Source: an uncultured delta proteobacterium
Lineage (GTDB): Bacteria > Desulfobacterota > Binatia > UBA9968
Reading direction: 5' to 3'
Length of the DNA: 64,000 nt
Assembly: GCA_963745035.1 (NCBI GenBank)
Contig: CAVUVW010000010.1
Location: 128,001-192,000, forward strand
In this document: in pieces, positions 9,340 to 18,186 of the stretch
How the letters are laid out: every line of letters begins with the position of its first letter
How positions within the stretch are numbered: the stretch's first letter is position 1
The notes under the pieces: generated by a model
What the model was told of the DNA's origin: nothing
Database searches by the model: none
What the model saw: the letters and a program-made list of their open reading frames with translations, nothing else
Program-made: the position numbers and the translations under genes

Positions 9340-9430
9340 TGTCGCCTCCCGCTCTCTCGCCAGATTGTTTGACTCATAGCATGAGCCGCGCGTGAACGTC
9401 CACAGCGCTGCTTAAGCGATCCCCTTGCAT

Positions 9431-10213
9431 CTACGAAGCAGTCAAGAACTGCGCGACCGCGGCACAAAATTCATCGGCTGCTTCGGCGTGGATCCAGTGG
9501 CCCGCCCGAGGAATCGTTTTCAATTCGGCGCGTGGAAAGACTTCACGAATGGCGGCGAAGTCGTTGTCTTCGATGAAGCTCGAATGTTCGCCGCGAATGA
9601 AACAAGTGGGCTTCGGAAACGGTTTTTCCACGACCACCGCCTCGGTGAGAGCGCTGTAATTGTCGATGATCTCGGCCAGGCCGATGCGCCAGCGAAACTC
9701 CCCGGCGGAATCGCGCGCGAGATTTTTCATGACGAATTGCCGGACCGCCGTGTCGGCGATCGCCGGAGCGAGGGCGGCGTCGATCTCGCCGAAGGATTTA
9801 TATCCGCGCAGATCGATGCCGCGCATGGCCAGAAGCAAAGGGCGGTGCGCCGGAGGATACGCCTTGGGCGCGATATCGACGACGAGCAGGTTTTCGAGTA
9901 GGTCGGGATATCGAGCAGCCAGCGCCATCGCGACTTTTCCACCCATGGAGTGGCCGAGCACGGCCAGCGCGTGAAGACCTTGCTCTTCGCAGCACTCGCG
10001 CACGTCTTGCGCCATAACGGCGTAGTTCATGACCGCGGAGTGCGGCGAATGGCCGTGGTTGCGCAAATCGAGGGAGTAAACTCGGCGAAGCGCGGCCAGT
10101 CGCTTGCTCATGGACTGCCAATTGTCGAGAGAACCGAGCAAGCCGTGGAGAATGACCAGCGGCTGGCCGTCGCCCCGGACTTGGAAATGAAGACGCATCG
10201 TTTTCACGGGCAA
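9431..10213 (-). CDS. Alpha/beta hydrolase, YbfF/ABHD11-like esterase
   Basis: LHGLLGSLDNW, DLRNHGHS, GHSMGGK, VVDIAP, AGHWIHAE; true start may be the ATG at 10198. Confidence 0.9.
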   Translation of the reverse strand: MPVKTMRLHFQVRGDGQPLVILHGLLGSLDNWQSMSKRLAALRRVYSLDLRNHGHSPHSAVMNYAVMAQDVRECCEEQGLHALAVLGHSMGGKVAMALAARYPDLLENLLVVDIAPKAYPPAHRPLLLAMRGIDLRGYKSFGEIDAALAPAIADTAVRQFVMKNLARDSAGEFRWRIGLAEIIDNYSALTEAVVVEKPFPKPTCFIRGEHSSFIEDNDFAAIREVFPRAELKTIPRAGHWIHAEAADEFCAAVAQFLTAS

Positions 10214-10504
10214 CGAATGCCTGACTGTTTCAGGATAGCGTGAAACGATCCGTGCTTCGAGCCGCTCGAGACTCGGGCCCGACGCATTACAAGCGCGAGT
10301 AGCAAAAGAAAGATTTACGTAGAAAAAATTCGAATGGGAAAATCGATATCAAAGAATGCGGCGGAAGCTTGCAAGCGGAAAATCAGTTCGCGCCGGGCAC
10401 CCTAACGACGACTTCGCGCCGAATGAATCCCGGTGGGCGGCGCTTGGAATGAATTTCCAACCAACGGCGAGCGCATCGCCTCTTAATATCCGCTTGTTTG
10501 CGGG

Positions 10505-11479
10505 CTAAACGGGTTCCGTACCCTTTGTCGGCTCGGCGAACGTCGAACCGGATGGCTGAAAGCCCTCGGCCGGCGCCGTGATCTGCCGAGCGAACGCGGT
10601 AAGCTCTTCCTGGAGCCGGCGCTGGCGATCGGCAAGCTCGGCATGTCTGGAGAGCAGCTCATTGCACGGCGCTTGCAGCGCGGCGAGCCGTTGGCCGCTC
10701 TCTTCGGCCGCAGCGATGCGCGCCTGCCATCGCGGTATCTCGTCTTCATGGCGGCTGATTTCGGCGCGCAGCGAGCGCTGAACGCCGTCCGCTTCAGCCA
10801 AACGGTCGCGCAGGGTTTGCATTTCCGAAAGATTTTGCTGCTCCATTGCGAGGCGCTTTTCCAGGTTGGAAATCTGCTCCTGGAAAGCCTGCCGCTCCCG
10901 AGCGCGCTCGGCCTCGATGGCGCTCAAGTCGGGAAGGTTTTGCCGGGCGGCTTCGAGCTCGCGTACCTTCGCATGGCTTGTGTCCAGCGTCCGCCTGAGC
11001 TCGTCGATTTCCGACTGCATTTGATTTGTCGTCGGCTGGCCGTTTGGGCGTTGCGCGGCGTGGAGATCGGCTTCGCCGGCGGCGAGCCGGCTGCGCAGCT
11101 CGTCGACTTCGCGAGCGAGTTGATCGTTGGCGCTCATCAGGCGCCGGGTTTCCTCCTGATCACCGGAGTGGTCGCGCTGCGCTGTTTCGAGCGCGTCGAT
11201 AGTTTGTCGGCTTTGCGCCAATTCACTCGAGAGAGAGCTGAGCTTTTTCTCGAGCTCGCGATTCTGCGCGTGCAGATCGGCCGCTGCCGTGGCGCCGCTT
11301 TCGAGCTGGTCCGATGATCCGTCCGACGCGCCGCGCGGAATATTTTCCAGCCGCGCGAGCAGTCCGTCAATTTCACGCCGTTTGGTTTTTAGCTCGCGCT
11401 CCGACGCGATCAAAAAAAGTCCCAGCAAGGCAACCGCCGCTCCAGCAAACATCAAAATCCAGACAAATGTGCTTTCCAT
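10505..11479 (-). CDS. Membrane-anchored coiled-coil protein
   Basis: RBS GGAGA before MESTF; N-terminal TM (FVWILMFAGAAVALLGLFLIA), then about 280 aa of E/Q/R/L/A-rich heptads. Confidence 0.75.
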   Translation of the reverse strand: MESTFVWILMFAGAAVALLGLFLIASERELKTKRREIDGLLARLENIPRGASDGSSDQLESGATAAADLHAQNRELEKKLSSLSSELAQSRQTIDALETAQRDHSGDQEETRRLMSANDQLAREVDELRSRLAAGEADLHAAQRPNGQPTTNQMQSEIDELRRTLDTSHAKVRELEAARQNLPDLSAIEAERARERQAFQEQISNLEKRLAMEQQNLSEMQTLRDRLAEADGVQRSLRAEISRHEDEIPRWQARIAAAEESGQRLAALQAPCNELLSRHAELADRQRRLQEELTAFARQITAPAEGFQPSGSTFAEPTKGTEPV

Positions 11480-11764
11480 GGTCGATTCTCCTATCGAGTC
11501 GCCGAGATTGGCCAATATCGCCAAATATATGCCAAATTGGAGAAGGTCGTCCATCGGTATCTAAGTGCCTCAATTGGCACTGGTTTTTTTGCCTGGGGAG
11601 CAGCCGGTTTCGCTTCGTCGCGGCACTCGTCAATGAACAAAATCGTGAATCCCGGAGAAAACTGTGTGGAACGCACCGTCGGCCTTTTTAGACATGCGGC
11701 TCACCGCCGCATGCTGGCTCTGGATTGGCGCGTGGGGTATTTCAAAGATGTGTTCGGTTACTTC

Positions 11765-13189
11765 ATGGCAGGTAAGCTCCCAGCCGGCGGCCGTTACCAA
11801 TCCACGGAAGAGCGCGCCATTCTCACGGTGACTTGCCTCGCGGCGTTTTTGTTTTTCAACAGCTTCGGTAGCATTGGCGTCGCCCTGCCGATGATCCAAA
11901 AGCAATTCGGCAACAGTCTGGCGGAAATTCAATGGATCGCATTGATGGGCGTCGTGACGGTCTCGAGCCTCTCATTCTGCTTCGGCCGCGCCGGCGGGAT
12001 ATTGGGTCAAAGAAGACTCTACAAGCTTGGCGTGTTCCTGTACGCCGCGGGCGCCGGCTTGGGCGCGATCTCAACTTCTTTCGTCCAGTTGCTGGCGGCG
12101 CGTGCGGTGATGGCCGTGGGACTGGCCATGGCGTTGCCCATGTCGACGGCGATTCTTGCCGCGAGTTTCCCCGCCGAGCGGCGCGGCCAGGTGCTCGGAT
12201 GGTTCGCGGCGGCGATTGCCACCGGCCGCATGGCCGGACCGACGATCGGCGGCGCGCTGCTGGAACTCGGGGGCTGGCGGTGGGTGTTCTGGATGAATTT
12301 TCTCGTCGGCGCGGCGGTGAGCGCCGCGGTGATCAAAATATTTCGCGGCGCGGGCGAGCGTCGCGCCGCGCCGTTCGACTTTTGGGGTTCCGCGGCTCTG
12401 CTGCTCGGTTATCCGGCTCTGCTCGTCGCGCTCACCTTCGGCGCCAAGCTCGGCTGGTCGTCGCCGGCGGTTGCCGGCTGCTTCGCCGTCGCGCTTGCCG
12501 CAATGGCGGCGTTTGTCGCGATCGAGTTTCGCGCGGCGAGGCCGTTGATCGATGTCCGCCTGTTCAAGCGCGGCGCGCTGACGGCCGCCTTGCTCGCGCT
12601 CGCTTTGAGCCACCTGATCCATCAACCGATCGCGCTTTTCGCGCCGCTGTACCTGCAAAATGTTTTGGGCGTTTCCGCGCTCGCGGCCGGGATCATTCTC
12701 GCGGTCCTGCCGCTGTCTACCGCGTTGGCGTCGCCGCTCAGCGGCCGCCTGGCCGATCGCTACGCGGCGCCCGCGGTCGGCGCCGCGGGATTGGCGATGA
12801 TCGTCGCGGGCATCGCCTTCTACGCTCTTTTGGCCACGGACAGCTCTCTGTGGATGGCGGCCGCCGCGCTGGCGCTGCTCGGCGCCGGCATTGGATTTTT
12901 CACGCCGGCAAATCAGAAAAGCGCGTTTGCCGCCATCGAGCGCGAGGACTACGGCATTCTCGCGGCGATGTTGAGCTCCTTCGCCACCGCCGCCGGCGCC
13001 ATCGGCACCACGCTCACCGTCGCGGTGATGGAAGCCGCCGCGGGAGGGCAGCTTTGGCTGCGCCCGGAGGTGTTCACCGGCGCGCAGCGCTTTGCGTTTG
13101 CTTGTCTGGCGCCCATCGGGGTGCTGGCTCTGGTAATCACCGTCAGGCGGCGGCCAGACGCTACGACCGACGCGGCGCGACGGAAGTAA
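11765..13189 (+). CDS. MFS transporter, DHA2 (EmrB/QacA-like, 14 TM)
   Basis: GVALPMIQKQF, ERRGQVLG, GPTIGGAL..GWRWVFWMN, PLIDVRLFKR. Confidence 0.9.
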   Translation: MAGKLPAGGRYQSTEERAILTVTCLAAFLFFNSFGSIGVALPMIQKQFGNSLAEIQWIALMGVVTVSSLSFCFGRAGGILGQRRLYKLGVFLYAAGAGLGAISTSFVQLLAARAVMAVGLAMALPMSTAILAASFPAERRGQVLGWFAAAIATGRMAGPTIGGALLELGGWRWVFWMNFLVGAAVSAAVIKIFRGAGERRAAPFDFWGSAALLLGYPALLVALTFGAKLGWSSPAVAGCFAVALAAMAAFVAIEFRAARPLIDVRLFKRGALTAALLALALSHLIHQPIALFAPLYLQNVLGVSALAAGIILAVLPLSTALASPLSGRLADRYAAPAVGAAGLAMIVAGIAFYALLATDSSLWMAAAALALLGAGIGFFTPANQKSAFAAIEREDYGILAAMLSSFATAAGAIGTTLTVAVMEAAAGGQLWLRPEVFTGAQRFAFACLAPIGVLALVITVRRRPDATTDAARRK

Positions 13190-13226
13190 TGTTCGGCGCG
13201 CGCTCGCGCGCGACGCGGGTGATACC

Positions 13227-13381
13227 ATGGTCATCGATTTTCAACATCATTACATGCCGGTGGAGTTGGCGAAAAAGCGCGGGCTTTACTCCGAGACTGG
13301 CAGGACCATGCTGCAAGAGAGGGCGGCTTGCCGGCCACGATGCACCAGCGTCTGTACGATCTCGACTTGCAGCTCCGCGAT
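13227..13381 (+). pseudogene. Truncated amidohydrolase N-terminal remnant
   Basis: MVIDFQHHYMPVELAKK..(frameshift)..LYDLDLQLRD resembles an amidohydrolase_2 N-terminus (DxHxH-like); similarity ends after about 50 aa and no remainder is present. Confidence 0.55.
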
Positions 13382-13511
13382 AGTGGAAGATTCTCGGGGG
13401 CACTGCCGCGGAGCTGCCGCGCATCTAGTTGGCTACTGAAAAAGATCCATATGCTTCATTGGGCTCAGAGCGGCAGTGGACGTTCATCCGGTCCGGCGGC
13501 GACCGCGCCGG

Positions 13512-14102
13512 CTACTGCTTGGCGGGTTTGGTGAGACTGGCCTCCACATAGCCGGGCTTGTTGCCGCGCTTGGATTGGACTTTGAGCCAGCCCTTGCTCT
13601 CTTCGACGACGTTGAGTTTTGTTCCCTTTGAGATATCCGCAATCACGGGATAGTGAAGTCCCGGGCCGCCTCTAACCTGGGTATCCGTCAACGCTTCGTA
13701 CCGGCCGGCTACATCGGTGGCTCTTTTGTCTTTTTCCGCTCGCTCGTCCTTGCCGGGCTCAGGGTCGCTCTCGGCCGCCTCGCCGGTCCAAGGGTTGACC
13801 GAAGCCATTTCGATGTAGCCCGGCGCGTTGCCCTTTTTGGATACGATCAGCACCCATTCGCCGTCCCTTCCGACGACATTTACTTTTGCGTCGGCGCCGA
13901 TTTCCGCGATGGCGCGAAATTGAGTCCCCGGTCCGCTCCGAACTTTCGTTTTTGAAGTGGTGACGTAGGCGCGAGTCTGTTCGTTGAGATCGGGGAGCTC
14001 CGCGGGGTCTGCCTTTTTTTCTGCGCGGTCGCAGGCGAAAACGCTCAGCGCGACCAAGAAGATCCCTATCCAACCTGCCGGCTTACCCTGGCATCGCTTC
14101 AT
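13512..14102 (-). CDS. Lipoprotein with two SH3b domains
   Basis: Lipobox VFAC; two repeats VRSGPGTQF..GEWVLIVSKKGNAPGYIE and VRGGPGLHY..GWLKVQSKRGNKPGYVE. Confidence 0.85.
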   Translation of the reverse strand: MKRCQGKPAGWIGIFLVALSVFACDRAEKKADPAELPDLNEQTRAYVTTSKTKVRSGPGTQFRAIAEIGADAKVNVVGRDGEWVLIVSKKGNAPGYIEMASVNPWTGEAAESDPEPGKDERAEKDKRATDVAGRYEALTDTQVRGGPGLHYPVIADISKGTKLNVVEESKGWLKVQSKRGNKPGYVEASLTKPAKQ

Positions 14103-14140
14103 TACGGCCTCCTATTCTTGTTCTTGACGATTGGGCAGGG

Positions 14141-14149
14141 ATTATATCA
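14141..14149 (-). promoter_or_regulatory. Extended -10 promoter (TGnTATAAT) for the SH3 lipoprotein gene
   Basis: Minus strand TGATATAAT about 40 nt upstream of the ATG. Confidence 0.5.
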
Positions 14150-14264
14150 CGCGTTGCGGATTCTTTGGACTTTTCGCCGGAGTTCCAGCGGAGGACTTCG
14201 CATGGCATTGCAGTGATTTTGCGACACAATCCCGGCGCGCGAAGGAGCGCCAGCGCAACTTCGC

Positions 14265-14684
14265 TCAATGGATCTCTTTCCACACTTTGGCAAGGCTGTC
14301 GCCGTAGACGCGCAGGTCCCACGCGCAAAAATAGCCGAAGGGCGTGGTCCACACCTGGTAGCCGCCTTCGCGCAGGCGGCCAGCGAGATCCTCGATGAAC
14401 GAAGCGGCAAAGGCCGGTTCGGCGCTCGCGCCGCCAAGATGGGCGAAGGAGTGCAGCACGATGTTCTTCAACGACCGCTTGTTGGCGAGCCACTTGATAT
14501 GCTTGACGGACTGGCGCAGGACCGCAGGCGAGCGCGCCGCGGCCGCGTCTCCAGCTTCGGCGTGGATAAAGGCGATCACCGCCTCCTCGACTTCCCGGTC
14601 GATCTCCTGATCGGCAACGTCGGGAAGAGTTTTGCTGTGGGCTTGCCAGCGAAAACGTTTGGCCTGGAAGCAGAGGAGCTTCAT
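14265..14684 (-). CDS. Stand-alone archaeal-type threonyl-tRNA synthetase editing domain protein
   Basis: MKLLCF..EEAVIAFIHAE..NIVLHSFAHL..GYQVWTTPFGYF, resembling the YPxAHL and PFGY/W motifs of the archaeal ThrRS N-terminal editing domain. Confidence 0.78.
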   Translation of the reverse strand: MKLLCFQAKRFRWQAHSKTLPDVADQEIDREVEEAVIAFIHAEAGDAAAARSPAVLRQSVKHIKWLANKRSLKNIVLHSFAHLGGASAEPAFAASFIEDLAGRLREGGYQVWTTPFGYFCAWDLRVYGDSLAKVWKEIH

Positions 14685-14694
14685 AGCCCGGGGA

Positions 14695-15261
14695 TCAATA
14701 ATGAGTGAGGAAGTTTTTGAGTATCTTTTTGCCTTCTTCGTTGAGGATCGATTCGGGATGGAACTGCACGCCTTCCACCGCGAAGGTCTTGTGGCGCACC
14801 GCCATCACCACTCCGTCAGCGGTTTGGGCGCTCACGATCAGGTCCGCCGGCAAGCTCTTGGGATCGATCACCAGGGAGTGATAGCGCATGGCGCCGAAGG
14901 GATTTTTCACTTCGCGGAAAATCGTCTGCGCATCGTGGGTTACGTTGGAGAGTTTGCCGTGCATGATCGACGGCGCGCGCACGATATTGGCGCCGAAGGC
15001 GGCGCCGATCGATTGGTGACCTAAACAGACGCCGAGGATGGGCAGGCGCGGCGCGAAGCGGCGGATGGCGTCGCACGAGATGCCGGCCTCTTTGGGCGTG
15101 CAGGGACCGGGCGAGATGACGATCCTTTCCGGCCCGAGCGCGTCAATCTCGTCCAAAGTGATCTTGTCGTTGCGATACACTTTCACTTCGGCGCCGAGCT
15201 CGCCGAGATAGTGAAAGAGGTTGTAGGTGAAAGAGTCGTAGTTGTCGATCAGCAGGATCAT
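14695..15261 (-). CDS. trpG: Anthranilate synthase component II (glutamine amidotransferase)
   Basis: MILLIDNYDSFTYNL, ISPGPCTP, GVCLGHQ, RYHSL, GVQFHPES; ATGA overlap with trpE. Confidence 0.95.
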   Translation of the reverse strand: MILLIDNYDSFTYNLFHYLGELGAEVKVYRNDKITLDEIDALGPERIVISPGPCTPKEAGISCDAIRRFAPRLPILGVCLGHQSIGAAFGANIVRAPSIMHGKLSNVTHDAQTIFREVKNPFGAMRYHSLVIDPKSLPADLIVSAQTADGVVMAVRHKTFAVEGVQFHPESILNEEGKKILKNFLTHY

Positions 15262-16745
15262 CGTTTCCTCCACTGCTCGGCCAACTCGACCGCCTTCAGC
15301 ATGGCGCGCGCCTTGTTCAGGGTCTCCTGGTACTCCATCTTCGGGTCGGAATCGGCGACGATGCCAGCGCCGGCGGTGATGTAGACTTTCCTGCCTTTCA
15401 TGATGATGGTGCGAATGACGATGCAGGTGTCGAGATTGCCGTTGTACCCGAAGTAGCCGATGGCCCCGGCGTAGAGCCCACGCTTGTGCGGTTCGAGCTC
15501 GGCGACGATCTGCATGGCGCGGATCTTCGGCGCGCCGGACACGGTGCCGGCGGGGAAGGCCGAGACGAAAAGATCCAAAGGCGACTTGTCCGGCGCGAGC
15601 TTGCCGCGGACGTTGGAGACGATGTGAATCACGTGCGAGTAGCGCTCGATCGCCATCAATTCGTTGACCTCGACGGTGCCGATCTGCGCCACGCGGCCGA
15701 CGTCGTTGCGCCCGAGATCCACGAGCATGATGTGCTCGGCCCGCTCCTTGGGATCGGCGAGCAGGTCCGCTTCGAGCTCGCGCTCCTCTTCAGGCGTCGC
15801 GCCGCGCCGCCGCGTTCCCGCGATCGGCCGGAGCTCGATGGTATCGCCGGTGAGCCGCACCATGGTCTCGGGCGAAGAGCCGATGAGCCGTAGGTCTTCC
15901 AGTTCCAGGTAGAACATGTAGGGAGACGGGTTGATAAAGCGCAGGGCGCGGTAGATCTCGAAAGCATCGGTCGGTGTTTCGGTTTCGAGCCGCTGGGCGA
16001 GCACCACCTGAATAATATCGCCGGCCTCGATGTATGCCTTGGCCCGATGGACGATCTTTTCGAAGCCCGCCTGGGTCAAATTCGAACGATATTTTCGCCG
16101 CCCTACGGCTTGGGCGAGATCGCGCGGCTCGATCCCGCGCGGCTTTTTTTGCAGGGTCGAAATCACCGCGCGGATGCGCTTGACGGCCGCGTCGTAGGCG
16201 CGGCGCAAGTCGGTCCGGTCATCGAGGTGGACGTTGTCGATCACTTTGATCGTGTGCTTGAAATTGTCGAAGGCGACCAGAGTCTGCACGAAAAGGAAGA
16301 ATATTTCCGGCAAGCCGAGGGGGTCCGGCTGGCTGCCGGCGATATCGTGAAACTGCTCGACGGCGTTGTACGAAACGTAGCCGAGCGCGCCGCCGAAAAA
16401 CGGCGGCACCCCCGGCACCGCCACCGGCCGATATCCTTGGAGCAAGTTCTCCAGGATCTTGAGCGGCGCATCCGCGGTGAGCTTTTCTGACTTGCCGCGC
16501 TCGATGATCTCCACCTGCTTGCCGCGCGCCTTGAAAATCCGCTGTGGGCGCGTTCCGAGAAAGGAATAGCGCGCCCAGCGCTCGCTGCCTTCGACGCTTT
16601 CGAGCAGAAACGAATAGCGATCGCGCTCGAGACGCTTGAAAAAAGACAACGGGGTTTCCAGATCCATCAGCAATTCCTGATACACCGGGATCAGATTTCC
16701 CTGCTTGGCCAAGCCGCGGAATTCTTCGTAGCTAGGTTGAATCAT
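15258..16745 (-). CDS. trpE: Anthranilate synthase component I
   Basis: LLES and NPSPYM Trp feedback motifs, GSSPE, PIAGT, AEHIMLVDLGRND, FPAGTVSGAPK; preceded by a Trp attenuator. Confidence 0.96.
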   Translation of the reverse strand: MIQPSYEEFRGLAKQGNLIPVYQELLMDLETPLSFFKRLERDRYSFLLESVEGSERWARYSFLGTRPQRIFKARGKQVEIIERGKSEKLTADAPLKILENLLQGYRPVAVPGVPPFFGGALGYVSYNAVEQFHDIAGSQPDPLGLPEIFFLFVQTLVAFDNFKHTIKVIDNVHLDDRTDLRRAYDAAVKRIRAVISTLQKKPRGIEPRDLAQAVGRRKYRSNLTQAGFEKIVHRAKAYIEAGDIIQVVLAQRLETETPTDAFEIYRALRFINPSPYMFYLELEDLRLIGSSPETMVRLTGDTIELRPIAGTRRRGATPEEERELEADLLADPKERAEHIMLVDLGRNDVGRVAQIGTVEVNELMAIERYSHVIHIVSNVRGKLAPDKSPLDLFVSAFPAGTVSGAPKIRAMQIVAELEPHKRGLYAGAIGYFGYNGNLDTCIVIRTIIMKGRKVYITAGAGIVADSDPKMEYQETLNKARAMLKAVELAEQWRKR

Positions 16746-16749
16746 CTTG

Positions 16750-16788
16750 AAAAAATAAAAAAGGCCATAAGTTTATCACCTATGGCCT
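16750..16788 (-). terminator. trp attenuator terminator (3:4 hairpin)
   Basis: Minus strand AGGCCATA-ggtgataaact-TATGGCCT followed by TTTTTATTTTTT just before the trpE ATG. Confidence 0.88.
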
Positions 16789-16814
16789 CGATCTTGTTGA
16801 AATTATGTGGATAA

Positions 16815-16895
16815 TTAGCCACGGTGAAGACGCTGTTTGATGCGCCGCCACCGCCAGGCAAAGGAAAGAGGTGAAACCGTCACTCGTTCGGGCAT
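16815..16895 (-). CDS. trpL: trp operon leader peptide
   Basis: MPERVTVSPLSFAWRWRRIKQRLHRG (WRW) upstream of the terminator; its 3' end TCACCGTGGCT can pair with GGCCATAGGTGA (antiterminator). Confidence 0.8.
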   Translation of the reverse strand: MPERVTVSPLSFAWRWRRIKQRLHRG

Positions 16896-16901
16896 GGCGG
16901 C

Positions 16902-16930
16902 ATATTGCCGTATTGCGGTTTGGTGGTCAA
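16902..16930 (-). promoter_or_regulatory. Sigma70-like promoter for trpL-trpEG (leaderless geometry)
   Basis: TTGACC-17 nt-CAATAT-6 nt-ATG. Confidence 0.6.
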
Positions 16931-17098
16931 GCGCGGTGCACGCTTCGCGGCCCGGGAAACGGCGCTTTGCTCGGCAAAGCGGGTTTTGATTTCGTTTTTC
17001 TTCATGGTTTTCGCCCATACAGTGCTGCGCTCTCGGCTGTCGAGAGTATTCCGCGCAAGCCTAAAGGCGGCGATTTCTCTTGATCTCGGCGCCTGCAT

Positions 17099-17127
17099 TT
17101 GACATGTAAATACCGCTGGGTTAGCTT
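17099..17127 (+). promoter_or_regulatory. Sigma70-like promoter for the IclR gene
   Basis: TTGACA-17 nt-TAGCTT. Confidence 0.65.
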
Positions 17128-17201
17128 AAAACGCTTTTTTGGAATTGTCCTCTACGATCCGGAAAGCGCGTTGATGCTTGTCCGACTACAGGGAGGAAAA
17201 C

Positions 17202-17981
17202 ATGGTTCGGCGCGAGAAGTCCAACTACGTCATTCAGTCCGTTTCACATGCACTCGATGTGCTGGAACAGTTCTACGGCAACGTCGATGAGATCGGCGTG
17301 ACCGAGTTGAGCAAGCGGCTGAAACTGCACAAGAACAACGTTTTTCGTTTGCTCGCGACGCTCGAAGCGCGGGGTTACATCGAGCAGAACAAAGTTACCG
17401 AAAACTATCGTTTGGGCCTGCGCTGCTTGCAGCTCGGGCAGACGTTTATTCATCAGATGGGCTTGTTGCTGCAGTCGCGCGCGGTGCTCGAGGAGCTGTC
17501 GAAGATGACCAACGAAAGCGCCTACGTCGCGATTCGCAAAGGCAGCGCGATCATTCCCCTCGACTTCGTCGAGCCGGCGCGGGCGGTGCGCGTGGTTTCC
17601 TTTCTCGGCACCGTGCTGCCGCCGCACTGCACGGCGGCGGGCAAAGCGCATCTGGTTTTCGAGGCCGAGGGAACTCCCGGCCAGAGCCTGCCGGAGCGCT
17701 TGGAACGGTTTACCGACCAGACGATCGTCGAGCGCAGCGCGCTGCGAGAGCAGATGAAGATGATCGGCGAAGCCGGCTATGCCGTCGAGCGCGGCGAGTT
17801 CGCCGAAGACGTCAACGCGGTAGCGGTGCCGGTGCGCGATTACACGCGAGCGCTCGTCGGCACTCTGGCCGTGGTCGGCCCGGCGCACCGGTTTAACGAC
17901 GATGCGGTCAACAACGAGATCGCACCGGTGCTGCTGAAAGCAGGGACGGAGCTTTCCAAAAGGTTGGGCTTTCCGGGATAG
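17202..17981 (+). CDS. IclR family transcriptional regulator
   Basis: RBS GGAGG; IQSVSHALDVLE, HTH GVTELSKRLKLHKNNVFRLLATL, HCTAAGKA, AVAVPVRD. Confidence 0.93.
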   Translation: MVRREKSNYVIQSVSHALDVLEQFYGNVDEIGVTELSKRLKLHKNNVFRLLATLEARGYIEQNKVTENYRLGLRCLQLGQTFIHQMGLLLQSRAVLEELSKMTNESAYVAIRKGSAIIPLDFVEPARAVRVVSFLGTVLPPHCTAAGKAHLVFEAEGTPGQSLPERLERFTDQTIVERSALREQMKMIGEAGYAVERGEFAEDVNAVAVPVRDYTRALVGTLAVVGPAHRFNDDAVNNEIAPVLLKAGTELSKRLGFPG

Positions 17982-18186
17982 AACGTTAAGAACCTCGTTG
18001 CCGCGCAAGCTCCTTGCGAACCCCGCGGCGCGCCGTCGAGAATCGCTCACGACGGGCGATCAGGAACACGCAAACAGTCTTGAAAAGAGCGGGGGCGCTG
18101 ACCTCGGCACCGGCCGGCGGCACGCCGCCGGTTTTTGATAAGCGCTTTCTTTGCGCAGATAAGAAGGGAACGATGGGCGAGCCGCT

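Noticed and set aside
10214-10504. ncRNA or riboswitch in the 290-nt intergenic region
   Set aside because: Only a short direct repeat (TTCGCGCCG x2) and AT-rich promoter-like sequence; no recognisable RNA family motif by eye, and an Infernal/Rfam scan would be needed
14695-16745. pabA/pabB instead of trpG/trpE
   Set aside because: Trp feedback motifs LLES and NPSPYM plus the upstream Trp-codon attenuator favour anthranilate synthase
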